Assembly (NCBI GenBank): GCA_045660045.1
Contig: JAZRDB010000006.1
Span: 465-64,464 of the forward strand
DNA: 64,000 nucleotides
Direction: 5' to 3'
Source of the DNA: Alphaproteobacteria bacterium
GTDB taxonomy: Bacteria; Pseudomonadota; Alphaproteobacteria; CAAHEQ01; UBA3637
Shown: piece after piece, positions 18,273-27,502 of the stretch
Position numbering within the stretch: the stretch's first letter is position 1
Layout: each line of letters begins with the position of its first letter
Made by a program: the position numbers and the translations under genes
Notes under the pieces: model-generated
What the model was told of the DNA's origin: nothing
What the model saw: only the letters and a program-made list of their open reading frames with translations
Database searches by the model: none

Positions 18273-21191
18273 ATGCGCATAAAGAATTGTATTTTCTTTG
18301 TTTTTGGATTTTTGCTTATGTCACTTTCGGCAAAGGCAGATGTAATGGCTATTCGTTTGCGTTTCGGGGCTGATGGTACATTAACAGATTTAGGAACTTC
18401 TTTAAGTTCAGAAAGTATGGCTCTGAGCAGCCCTATTGTTGAATCAGATGGTACGGTAACAGATCCAGTTGTTGCTGCGGCTGCGACAGAGGGAGAAACG
18501 GATGCACTGTTTTTAATGCCAGATGAGTCGAAAGATAATGACATAGACACCGATACAACAGATGCGGATGATGAGGAGACAAGCGGCTTGACAACGGCCG
18601 ACGAATCCGATGATTTGCGCAACACCGAAGGTGATGAGGAACCAGAAGAGGATCCTCCTTGTGAAGAGGGTTATCAACCGCGTCCAGATGGCGAATGTAT
18701 GTCCTGTCCAGCAAACGGCGAAATAATGACAATTGATGATGATCTGTATTATTGTTGCGGTAAGCGTGACGAAGATCCAACAAAGGACAAAGCGGGATAT
18801 GCATGGGAAAATGGTGCGTGGGTACAGAATATTAACTGTGGCTGTCCTTTGGGTGGCGAGACAAGTGAAGAGGATGATTCTGTTTGTTGTAAGGATGGTT
18901 ATACGTGGAGCAGAGCAACAGCAAGCTATACGGGGGTTGATCCGGCCGCTTGTGGATGCCCGAATGGTGGCGAACTGAACGAGGGTGAGTGTTGTAAAGA
19001 TGGGCGTGCATGGAATAGAACAGACTACACTGTCCTTAATGTGCCGGCGTGTGGATGTCCGTCTGGATCCACGCTTGAAGAGGATGTTTGTTGTGATGAT
19101 ACAAATCCAGGTACATTCCTTGATATGACGACTAGTACGTCAGATAAAGACAAAGCAATACGGTTGTGTGGTTGTCAAGAGGGAGAAACCATTATTACAT
19201 CCACGGGAGTTGCTGACGGATATGTGTGTTGTGGTAGCGATAAAAAGATTAAACGCAGCACTTCTAACATGGGAGATTTAACAGGTCAGGATGCAAAATA
19301 TTGTGGATGTACGTCGGGAGAATATTCAGAAAGCAAAGGGTGTGTACCTTGTTTGACTGACGCTTTTTGTTTGAATAATGGTTTGGGACGTGCCTGTTTA
19401 AAAAATGCAGATGTCACAAAACAAAAATGTGTTGAGTGTACACTGTCTGAACATTGTTATGAACAACCGTCGGGATGTTCAAATCCGAATACATGTTGTC
19501 CAGCATCCATCACAGACAAGGTATGTGATACCCAAACAAATACATGCAAGACATGTAGCGAGTTGACAAATAATATACGCCCAGTTCGTTGGCATGGGCT
19601 TGAGGATGTGAACTCTTGTAATTCATGTTATGAATGTACCGAGGATGCTCATTGTGCCTCGCGCATAGATGGCAAAAATATATGCGATCCGAATACGTTA
19701 ACATGTGAAGTGTGTATTTTGTATACAGAAACAAGCAACCAGAATCATGGATGTGAAAATGCGCAAACGGCTCCATTGGGTGTCGAGGATGAAAGATTTG
19801 CAGCGCCATATTGTGTTCTAAAAGACAAAAACGGAACGCGCCATTGTTCGGAATGCAGGAGTAATACGGATTGTCCGGCGGCGGACAGATCAAATTGTTT
19901 AGAAGAAAAGGGAATCTGCAGTATGGATTGCGGTAATATTGGTTTTAATCCAGAAACGGGCGAATGCCGATGCTCTGGGTCAACACCAGTCTTCAATATC
20001 TATACAAAAAAATGTGTTAAATGTTACGATTCCATTTCTGGGGCTTGGACTGATTTAGGATGTAATACCGAGCCGGATAAAACAAATTATCCTGCAGGAT
20101 CTCCATGGAATTATTCTCCATGGCAGGCGCCGAAGAGCAACAATAAACCAGTGTGTTGGGAAGATGGGGGAACAAACAAAACTGGTCAATGTGTGGAATG
20201 TATGGAAGATGGTCATTGTCCTGGGGACAAGCAATGTAATCAAAACACGCATACATGTGCGTGTCCGACGGATACAGTATGGGTTGAAAGTTCGGAAAAA
20301 TGTGCGCTATGTACAGCGAATTATGGGGCAACTTCCACAGGAAGAAAGTGTACTAGTGCAACAAAGCCATATTGTGGCTCAACGGGATGTACGTGTAAAG
20401 AGCCTTATAAATCTGATAAAAAAGATGGCGATGGCAAATGTCCAATAACACACCCCGGATGTAAGGACGGAGAATGCCAATGCCTTGGCGATTATGATAA
20501 AAATAAAAAAGATGGTGATGGTAAATGTCCAGAAAACAGACCAAAATGTGAGAACAAGGTTTGCAAATGTACAGGAAACTGGAAAGATAATCAATCTAGT
20601 ACTGGCGATTGTGTGGAAGGTATGCCTGTGTGTGATAATGGCGTTTGTAAGAAATGTGGCACAGGATTGGAATATAAGCTGTCCGAGCAAAAATGTGTGG
20701 CAAAAAGTTGTAAAAATGGAGAAGTGCTCAGTGGCGATACTTGTGTTTGTCCAAAAGGAAGATGGAAAAAAGGAAGTTCATGTCTTGCTTGTCCAACAGA
20801 TGGTTCTTGTACAACCATTGATGATACAACACCATGTCCAAGTACGGGTAAGCATGTGTTATTAGAACAAAGCGATAAGCCGGCCGCATGTGTTGCTTGT
20901 AAGGAACATACAGATTGTGCTGCAGGAAAATACTGCAAAGATAACGCATGTGTAAAATGTACTGAGGGATATGACTGTGGTTGTGGCAGCTTTAAGTGTG
21001 CAAATGGAGAAGGTGGATGCTTTACTCAGATACAATGGTGTCAAAAGAAGTTGGGCTCAAGTTACAATAAGAATCCATCGGAAAACGCTGCTTGTGCAGG
21101 ATATGTTTGCTGTAGCTATGCGAATAGTAAGTGGACGGGAAAGACACCATCTAATTGCACGGCCTGTGCATCGGGCAAGGCATGTCGCTAA
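18273..21191 (+). CDS. Very large secreted cysteine-rich modular protein (972 aa, about 107 Cys); function unknown
   Basis: Signal peptide MRIKNCIFFVFGFLLMSLSAKA|DV, then a D/E/T-rich acidic linker (aa ~85-129), then uninterrupted Cys-rich modules to the last residue. There is no TM helix or beta-barrel anchor. Confidence 0.85.
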   Translation: MRIKNCIFFVFGFLLMSLSAKADVMAIRLRFGADGTLTDLGTSLSSESMALSSPIVESDGTVTDPVVAAAATEGETDALFLMPDESKDNDIDTDTTDADDEETSGLTTADESDDLRNTEGDEEPEEDPPCEEGYQPRPDGECMSCPANGEIMTIDDDLYYCCGKRDEDPTKDKAGYAWENGAWVQNINCGCPLGGETSEEDDSVCCKDGYTWSRATASYTGVDPAACGCPNGGELNEGECCKDGRAWNRTDYTVLNVPACGCPSGSTLEEDVCCDDTNPGTFLDMTTSTSDKDKAIRLCGCQEGETIITSTGVADGYVCCGSDKKIKRSTSNMGDLTGQDAKYCGCTSGEYSESKGCVPCLTDAFCLNNGLGRACLKNADVTKQKCVECTLSEHCYEQPSGCSNPNTCCPASITDKVCDTQTNTCKTCSELTNNIRPVRWHGLEDVNSCNSCYECTEDAHCASRIDGKNICDPNTLTCEVCILYTETSNQNHGCENAQTAPLGVEDERFAAPYCVLKDKNGTRHCSECRSNTDCPAADRSNCLEEKGICSMDCGNIGFNPETGECRCSGSTPVFNIYTKKCVKCYDSISGAWTDLGCNTEPDKTNYPAGSPWNYSPWQAPKSNNKPVCWEDGGTNKTGQCVECMEDGHCPGDKQCNQNTHTCACPTDTVWVESSEKCALCTANYGATSTGRKCTSATKPYCGSTGCTCKEPYKSDKKDGDGKCPITHPGCKDGECQCLGDYDKNKKDGDGKCPENRPKCENKVCKCTGNWKDNQSSTGDCVEGMPVCDNGVCKKCGTGLEYKLSEQKCVAKSCKNGEVLSGDTCVCPKGRWKKGSSCLACPTDGSCTTIDDTTPCPSTGKHVLLEQSDKPAACVACKEHTDCAAGKYCKDNACVKCTEGYDCGCGSFKCANGEGGCFTQIQWCQKKLGSSYNKNPSENAACAGYVCCSYANSKWTGKTPSNCTACASGKACR
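18696..19352 (+). repeat. Coding repeat: six C-x-C-P-x-G-G-E ... C-C-x-D-G modules (aa 142-360)
   Basis: CMSCPANGE..CCGK; CGCPLGGE..CCKDGYTW; CGCPNGGE..CCKDGRAW; CGCPSGST..CCDD; CGCQEGET..CCGSD; CGCTSGEY..CVPC. Confidence 0.7.
20388..20648 (+). repeat. Coding repeat: three tandem 29-aa units (aa 706-792)
   Basis: CTCKEPYKSDKKDGDGKCPITHPGCKDGE / CQCLGDYDKNKKDGDGKCPENRPKCENKV / CKCTGNWKDNQSSTGDCVEGMPVCDNGV. The repeat is also visible in the DNA (aaaaaagatggYgatggYaaatgtcca occurs twice). Confidence 0.75.
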
Positions 21192-21811
21192 TTTTCTAAT
21201 AATTCTTTAATGGGTTTATAGGTTTTTCTGTGATGTGGAGTGACACCATATTGCTTTAGTGCGGCAATATGATCTGCGGTGCCATAGCCAGCATTTTTCT
21301 CCCATTCATATTGGGGGTAATCTTTTGCCAATTCTTGCATAATATGATCTCGTGTTACTTTTGCTACAATACTGGCGGCCGCAATGGAAAGACTTAAACT
21401 GTCGCCTTTTACCAAGCATTGACACGGAATATTCCATTTTGGCAAACGGTTGCCATCAATCAGGGCAAAGTCGGCTTTATACCCTTTTTGTTCAGCATTT
21501 TCCAACGCTCTGTGCATGGCTAAAAAAGTTGCCTGCAAGATGTTCATTTGATCAATTTCTTGGGCACTGGCTTGTCCAATGCCCACATAGGCGCCCGAAT
21601 TCATGATAAGCGGAAATAATTTTTCACGTTTTGCCGCAGACAATTGTTTGGAATCATTTATTTGACGAGCCAGTTCCGGATCAATTTTAAAATCGGGAAA
21701 GCAAACACATGCCGCCACAACGGGACCACACCATGGGCCGCGTCCCGCTTCATCTATGCCAAAAATCAGGCCCTTTGTGCCACAGGCTTGTTCATGGGAA
21801 AAATCTGGCAT
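21188..21811 (-). CDS. rnhB: Ribonuclease HII
   Basis: GIDEAGRGPWCGPVVAA, DSKQLS, and ASIVAKVTRD motifs are present. Confidence 0.93.
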   Translation of the reverse strand: MPDFSHEQACGTKGLIFGIDEAGRGPWCGPVVAACVCFPDFKIDPELARQINDSKQLSAAKREKLFPLIMNSGAYVGIGQASAQEIDQMNILQATFLAMHRALENAEQKGYKADFALIDGNRLPKWNIPCQCLVKGDSLSLSIAAASIVAKVTRDHIMQELAKDYPQYEWEKNAGYGTADHIAALKQYGVTPHHRKTYKPIKELLEN

Positions 21812-21812
21812 A

Positions 21813-23078
21813 TTACCCTTTCAAGTTCTTTAAAATATCTTTGTAATCCATCATGTGCTTGATGGGACCTAAACACGAAACAGTTGGTGTTGTGGCAAAC
21901 AGTTTTGTGGCATAGTGCTGAATATCTTTGGCGGTCACAGCTTGAATGGCTTTCACCAATGACGCTTTGGAACGCACTTTGCCATAACGCAACATTTCAA
22001 CGGCGTTCGTATCTGCATGTTCGGAGATGTCCTCGTTACGCATTAAGAGAGCGGCCTCTAAACGTGTCTGGGCTTGCTTTACCTCTTCGGGTGTAATCTT
22101 GTGTGTTGCTTTTTTTAATTCGTCCAACAAGACCGGCATCAAAACCTTTAATTCTTTTTCCCCTGTACCAGCATAAACACCCCAAATACCCGTGTCAGTT
22201 TCAGCGGAAGCGTAGGCATGAATTGTATAGGCAAGTCCACGTTTTTCACGAATTTCTTGGAATAAACGACTTGTCATGCCGCCCCCCAAAATAGTAGCCA
22301 ACAATTTGGCTTTCCAAATATCGGGAGAAGTGTAAGATTCGCCTTCAAAACCCATAATTAAGTTCACTTGTTCGTGTGGTTTTTTGACATATTTGAAACC
22401 ACCTTGATAATGGGCTGCCTCAGGTGTTGGTGTTTTTCTTAAATTAAAATCGCGGAATAATTTTTCACATTTTTTTGCAAAAGCATCGTGTTGGATGGGG
22501 CCAACAGCGCTGATAACAATGCGATCTGTGGCATAATGAGAATGTACATAATCCAACATCTTTTGTGGAGTCATGGCTTGGATAATTGCTGCATCACCGG
22601 CAATATCACGGCCCAATGGTTGATTGGGGTAGGCGGTGGCTTCAAAATTTGATTCTGCCACATAATGTGGTTGATCCTTATACATGTTGATTTCCTGAAT
22701 AATCACGCCTTTTTCAGTATTAAGTTCCTTTTCATCCATGGTGGCGTGTTGTGTGATATCAGCAATTATATTCAAGCCAATGTCCATATCTTTCTTCAAC
22801 ATTCTTGCATGGTAAGCAGTGACATCTTGACCCGTATAAGCGTTGATAAAACCACCTACTCGTTCAATTTCTTCTGCGATTTGTAGGGCAGATCGCGTTG
22901 TAGTTCCTTTAAAGGCCATATGTTCCAAAAAATGGGAAATGCCACTTTCTGATTTTTTTTCAAATCTAGATCCGACGCCAACCCATGCACCTAAAGTAAC
23001 AGAGTCGGCAGATGGTTGTGTATCAGTAACAACACGAATGCCGTTTGACAAACGGGAAATAACAATATTTTTTGACAT
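21813..23078 (-). CDS. M16 family zinc peptidase (pitrilysin/MPP-like)
   Basis: Inverted zinc motif HFLEHMAFKGT with the downstream Glu region. Length of 421 aa is typical of alphaproteobacterial M16B. Confidence 0.9.
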   Translation of the reverse strand: MSKNIVISRLSNGIRVVTDTQPSADSVTLGAWVGVGSRFEKKSESGISHFLEHMAFKGTTTRSALQIAEEIERVGGFINAYTGQDVTAYHARMLKKDMDIGLNIIADITQHATMDEKELNTEKGVIIQEINMYKDQPHYVAESNFEATAYPNQPLGRDIAGDAAIIQAMTPQKMLDYVHSHYATDRIVISAVGPIQHDAFAKKCEKLFRDFNLRKTPTPEAAHYQGGFKYVKKPHEQVNLIMGFEGESYTSPDIWKAKLLATILGGGMTSRLFQEIREKRGLAYTIHAYASAETDTGIWGVYAGTGEKELKVLMPVLLDELKKATHKITPEEVKQAQTRLEAALLMRNEDISEHADTNAVEMLRYGKVRSKASLVKAIQAVTAKDIQHYATKLFATTPTVSCLGPIKHMMDYKDILKNLKG

Positions 23079-23087
23079 ATCTTATCC

Positions 23088-23960
23088 TTATTCCAGAGGT
23101 TCCAGGTAAATAACCTTCATAAATTTCTCAGAGAAATTATCCCACCAAGATGGCTCCTCGTTCGGAGGACGACGTTGAGAATTGTCTAGGTTGAAAGACT
23201 CCTTCAATTCTTGCCACCAATCTTTTACACCTGCCATAAATTTATCCATGGAGCTTTGCGGTTGTGGCGGTGGGTTCAGCGCTTTTGCCATGCGTTTGGC
23301 TTGACGTGCATCAGGTGCAGGAGGCATATCCCCATAATATGGCAGTGGTACCAACGGCAACAATGTGTTGCCATCTCTGAACTTCATTAAGGTGTATCCC
23401 GTAGAATTGCCGGAAATTTCGCCATGTGTTTGAATTGTATATGAACCACCAATGACAGAGTTGTCAAAATCAATATAGTCTATAAAAAAGGTGTTTTGCA
23501 ACTGGGTTCGGCCAATCCCAGTCAATTGGCATTCAAAGGAGTGAGAAACCAAACGAATTGTCCCATTTTCCGCGGGTTCAAACGTGCTATTACTAAAACT
23601 ACAAGACGGCAAAAATGCGTTTGCAGATACCAAATAATCCATCAATAATGTGTTTTTGTTGGGAATTGTTCTGGCTACAGGAATGGAAAAATATACCCTG
23701 GCAACTGGAGATTGTGCCTCCCAATTTAACCCTTCTTTTGCACATACGTGTTTCTGTGTATCTGCTTGGCAAAAATCAATGCGCGCATTTGGTGTTTTGA
23801 AAAAGGTATGCAATTGTTTGATCCATGGTTTGATGCTCATCCCATCCATGGCATAATCACAACGACCTTTTTGGCAAATATACAACGACGCATTTGCGGA
23901 AAACGAAAGTACCGCAACGCAACAAAGAAGGCCTTTAAAAAGTGTTTGTTTTATATTCAT
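23088..23960 (-). CDS. Secreted hypothetical protein with a Pro/Trp-rich C-terminal tail
   Basis: The ATG at 23960 (MNIKQTLFKGLLCCVAVLSFSANA|S) gives a signal peptide. The track start at 23993 adds 11 aa. I recognise no family. Confidence 0.55.
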   Translation of the reverse strand: MNIKQTLFKGLLCCVAVLSFSANASLYICQKGRCDYAMDGMSIKPWIKQLHTFFKTPNARIDFCQADTQKHVCAKEGLNWEAQSPVARVYFSIPVARTIPNKNTLLMDYLVSANAFLPSCSFSNSTFEPAENGTIRLVSHSFECQLTGIGRTQLQNTFFIDYIDFDNSVIGGSYTIQTHGEISGNSTGYTLMKFRDGNTLLPLVPLPYYGDMPPAPDARQAKRMAKALNPPPQPQSSMDKFMAGVKDWWQELKESFNLDNSQRRPPNEEPSWWDNFSEKFMKVIYLEPLE

Positions 23961-24008
23961 TTCTCTTCCTATAAGAAGATAGTAGCAAGCCAAGATGAAA
24001 AAAGCAAG

Positions 24009-24716
24009 CTATTTTTTTAAGTAAAGCATGCGACCAATTTGCCAACAGGAAAGAACGGCTATGCTGGCTGTTTCTGCACGTAAAATACCGACGTTAAAAT
24101 GTAAGGATTTAAAATTGTTGCTTTTAAAAAATTGTTTTTCCTTTTCGCTCCAACCACCTTCTGGGCCAACAAAAAAAGCAATCTTACCAGATTTGGGCAA
24201 GGAATCCGAATTTTCCTCGCGTTCTGATAAACAGTATGGCGTGCAATCTTTGGGTAAATCGGCCATAACGGCGGATATTTTCATTGGTGGATGAATAATG
24301 GGTATGGTTAAACGTTCACATTGTTCGGCCGCTTCACGCACAATCAATTCGGCATGTTCTTTATTGAAGTGCGCATGAACAGTGTGATCACTGATAACAG
24401 GGTAAATATCTGTGATGCCTAATTCGGTTGCTTTTTGTAAGACCAAATCCATGTTATCTTTTTTTATCAAGGCGGGGCATAAAGCGCAATAGTCAGGTGT
24501 TGTTTGAGCACGAGAAGAATCCAAAATGACCAATTGAGCGTTTTTTTTGGTGATAAGCTGTAATTTGGCAATCCACTCTCCATCTCGGCCATTAAAACAC
24601 AATAGTTGTTCATTGTTTGGACAACGCATAACGTGTACCAAATAGTGATGACTTTTTTCATTCAAAGGAATGATGGTGTTTGAAGTCAAAGGAGTGTTGA
24701 CGAATAAACGGATCAT
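24009..24716 (-). CDS. rsmE: 16S rRNA (uracil1498-N3)-methyltransferase
   Basis: RsmE pattern is present: HHYLVHVMR, VGPEGGWSEKE, ILRAETA. Confidence 0.85.
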   Translation of the reverse strand: MIRLFVNTPLTSNTIIPLNEKSHHYLVHVMRCPNNEQLLCFNGRDGEWIAKLQLITKKNAQLVILDSSRAQTTPDYCALCPALIKKDNMDLVLQKATELGITDIYPVISDHTVHAHFNKEHAELIVREAAEQCERLTIPIIHPPMKISAVMADLPKDCTPYCLSEREENSDSLPKSGKIAFFVGPEGGWSEKEKQFFKSNNFKSLHFNVGILRAETASIAVLSCWQIGRMLYLKK

Positions 24717-24717
24717 A

Positions 24718-26694
24718 TTACTCCCATTTTAGTAAAACAGCGGTGACATCATCGGGTGGTGGTGGTGGTACAATTTTAAAGAAGTCTTGCAATAAGTCAT
24801 TTAAACAATCGTGGGATTTTGTGTTTAGAATGCGTTTTATCGTCATGCGTTTAAAATTGGCAAAGCCCAAACGGACACCTTTGTTCGTTGTCGATTCGGT
24901 TAAGGCGTCGCTGTAAAGCAAAAGTGCATCGCCTTTGTTAATTTTTAAGGAACTATCATGATAGGTGGGTTTAGGTAAGATGCCAAGAGGCATTCCTTCC
25001 GCATGTAAAAGAGTTGGCTTTTTATGTCGGATGAGCATGGGGTTAGGTGATCCCGCTCCCGCATAGACGAGTTGTTGTGTGCGTTTGTCGTAGATTCCCA
25101 AAAACATAGTGGCAAATTGTCCTCGTGGCAACAAAAAATGCATTTGTCGATTGAGTTGTGTTAAAAATGCGGCTGGGGACGTTAAACGCTTATTATTTTG
25201 GCTGATTAAAGCATGTAAGCGAAAGGTATTCAAAGCGCTGGCTACCCCATGACCAGAAAAGTCACAGATATAAAATGCAATTTTATTGTTTGAAATAGGA
25301 ATAACCTGCCAGAAATCTCCCCCCAAGAGTGATGATGGTGCAAAATAATGGGAAATATTTAAATGATACGTTTCTTTGACCATGCTTAATATTTTGTCAT
25401 GTGGCAACATATCAATTTGCATGCGACGTGCAGCATGTAATTCGGTTTCAATTTGATTAAGTTGATCAGAAAGATGACGCACCAAAAGACGATTTTCCAA
25501 ATGTACGCGCACCCGTGAAAAGAACTCTAATGGATTGATTGGTTTTGTAATAAAATCTGTTGCACCTGCTCTAAATGTTTTTTCGCGCGTTTCACGGTTA
25601 TCAGAAGCTGTTTGAATTAAGACAGGAATATCACGAGTGTTCTGATCATCTTTTAAGTGTTGAATCACTTCATAACCATCCATACGCGGCATAGTGATAT
25701 CTAAAATAATTAAATCTGGGTGTGTTTCTTTTGCAAGTTCTAATCCTTCAACACCATCTGCCGCAAATGAGATATCCGAGATATTAATCAGATTTAGTAA
25801 GCGTCCAAGAACGGTTTGGGTGCTTGGATTATCTTCTACAACCAACACTTTTGACATAGATAAATCTTTTGATACTGCCAGAGCTGACTGAGAAGCGGCC
25901 TCTTCTTGATAACCATCTGTCCAACGTTGAATTGGATGATCTTGTAATAAAAAAGATAGGGTAATCTCTCGGCCAAAATCTTCAATAGTGCAAGAATCTG
26001 CGGCGCCGGCAATAATCCGAATGCCGCGCCCCGTTTTGTGTTGCATGGTGGTGGATTGTTTAATTGTGGGAACAGATGAGGCATAACCAGCCCCCTCATC
26101 TCTAATTTTTATTTCTAACTTTTTCGGCGTCCATGAAGCAATGACGCTGATGGATTTTTGAGCATAGCTTGGATCGTTTAAGCGATCATGCAAAAGGCGT
26201 GCATATTCAATGAAGTCACGGGCCGATTGGCGCATAGAGCTGTTGATTTGTAAATTGCCGTGAATTAAGCCATTCACAATGGATTCGTGTAAAGCAAAAT
26301 GGATACTTTCTTGTTGCTTGGATGGTAAAATGATAAATTGTTGCAAGGTGTTTGTAATATTTTGTGCCACATTACAAGAATAAATGACAGGACATGTTAG
26401 CAAAAAACCAATTTTATTTTTGCTCTTAATGGTGTCCAGTTTTTTTAAAAAATCTCGGATAGATGAATCTAAAGCATTTGCATCGATAATGGCGACGGGA
26501 GTAATAGCAGTCAGTTGTTGTAAGTCTTGCTCTGACGGAGCTTTCACTAAAACAACGGTATTACCCGGTAATTTTTGCATGTTTTGAGAGTTTAAAAGAG
26601 GTTTATCTTTATTTGGCCACAAAGCAACCCCAGCCAATTTGGCGAGTCTTTTAATATGGGTTGTTGTTAAATGAAAGCCTGTTAAATAAAACAT
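24718..26694 (-). CDS. Fusion protein: RsbW-like HATPase domain + receiver (REC) + PP2C/SpoIIE phosphatase
   Basis: HESIVNGLIHGN / IRDEGAGY / GRGIRII are the N, G1 and G2 boxes. REC is shown by VLVVEDNP...LIILDITMPRMDG...ITKP. The C-terminal SpoIIE-type domain shows GGDFW, CDFSGHG, LLLYSDAL. Confidence 0.75.
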   Translation of the reverse strand: MFYLTGFHLTTTHIKRLAKLAGVALWPNKDKPLLNSQNMQKLPGNTVVLVKAPSEQDLQQLTAITPVAIIDANALDSSIRDFLKKLDTIKSKNKIGFLLTCPVIYSCNVAQNITNTLQQFIILPSKQQESIHFALHESIVNGLIHGNLQINSSMRQSARDFIEYARLLHDRLNDPSYAQKSISVIASWTPKKLEIKIRDEGAGYASSVPTIKQSTTMQHKTGRGIRIIAGAADSCTIEDFGREITLSFLLQDHPIQRWTDGYQEEAASQSALAVSKDLSMSKVLVVEDNPSTQTVLGRLLNLINISDISFAADGVEGLELAKETHPDLIILDITMPRMDGYEVIQHLKDDQNTRDIPVLIQTASDNRETREKTFRAGATDFITKPINPLEFFSRVRVHLENRLLVRHLSDQLNQIETELHAARRMQIDMLPHDKILSMVKETYHLNISHYFAPSSLLGGDFWQVIPISNNKIAFYICDFSGHGVASALNTFRLHALISQNNKRLTSPAAFLTQLNRQMHFLLPRGQFATMFLGIYDKRTQQLVYAGAGSPNPMLIRHKKPTLLHAEGMPLGILPKPTYHDSSLKINKGDALLLYSDALTESTTNKGVRLGFANFKRMTIKRILNTKSHDCLNDLLQDFFKIVPPPPPDDVTAVLLKWE

Positions 26695-26712
26695 AATCCC
26701 CCTTTTTTGTTT

Positions 26713-27486
26713 TTAAAACACAAACTTTTGTGCTTCGGCTAATTCATCTGGTGTATTGATATCTGTTGGCGCTTCTTCAATCAACTTAATACTTGGCACA
26801 ATCAACGCATAGATTGTCATTCCGTTTTCCAAAGCACGCAGTTGTTCCAACTTTTCAGTGCCCTCTAAAATGCCTACTGGACATGCCACGAATCGTTTTA
26901 ATGCATCTGTTCGATAGACATAAATACCAATGTGCCAATAAGCAAAATCTTTTGCGGGATCTTTGTCGCGATTGTAAGGAACAGGCGAGCGTGAAAAATA
27001 AAGTGCTCGTCCAAAATCTTCGCCTTCCTTTAAGCCCATTGCAATTTTAACGTAGTTTGGATTTTGAATATCTTCAAGAGCTGTAATTTTTTTGCCAACC
27101 GTCACCCAATCTGCCCCCGTTTTTTCCAATAAATCAACCAAACGCACATTGAGTTTTGGATCCACGTTGATGCCATCACCTTGAAAGTTGACAACGATAT
27201 CATATTTTGTGCCGTCTGGATCAATGGTTTTTAATGCACAGACAATACGATCTGTGCCAGAGGGTAAACTGGCGGGTGTTAAAACACATTGTGCATTAAA
27301 CTTTTTTGCTTCTTCTACAATTTCTGGATCTCCAGCCGCGATATAAACATCTTCTTTTGGATGCACTTGGATGGCATGTTCGTAGACATGTTGAATGACA
27401 GTTTTACCATTGACAACAGCCAAAGGTTTGTTTGGCAGACGTGTGGAATTCAAACGAGTTGGAATGATAACTGCAACTTTTGACAT
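26713..27486 (-). CDS. kdsB: 3-deoxy-manno-octulosonate cytidylyltransferase (CMP-Kdo synthetase)
   Basis: VIIPTRLNSTRLPNKPL, NFQGDG, and EQLRALENG motifs are present. Confidence 0.93.
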   Translation of the reverse strand: MSKVAVIIPTRLNSTRLPNKPLAVVNGKTVIQHVYEHAIQVHPKEDVYIAAGDPEIVEEAKKFNAQCVLTPASLPSGTDRIVCALKTIDPDGTKYDIVVNFQGDGINVDPKLNVRLVDLLEKTGADWVTVGKKITALEDIQNPNYVKIAMGLKEGEDFGRALYFSRSPVPYNRDKDPAKDFAYWHIGIYVYRTDALKRFVACPVGILEGTEKLEQLRALENGMTIYALIVPSIKLIEEAPTDINTPDELAEAQKFVF

Positions 27487-27502
27487 TCAAATGACTCCTT
27501 TA

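Noticed and set aside
20388-20648. Tandem DNA repeats that could superficially suggest a CRISPR or VNTR array
   Set aside because: The units are 87 nt, imperfect, in frame, and encode a repeated Cys-spacing pattern. There are no unique spacers, so they are coding domain repeats.
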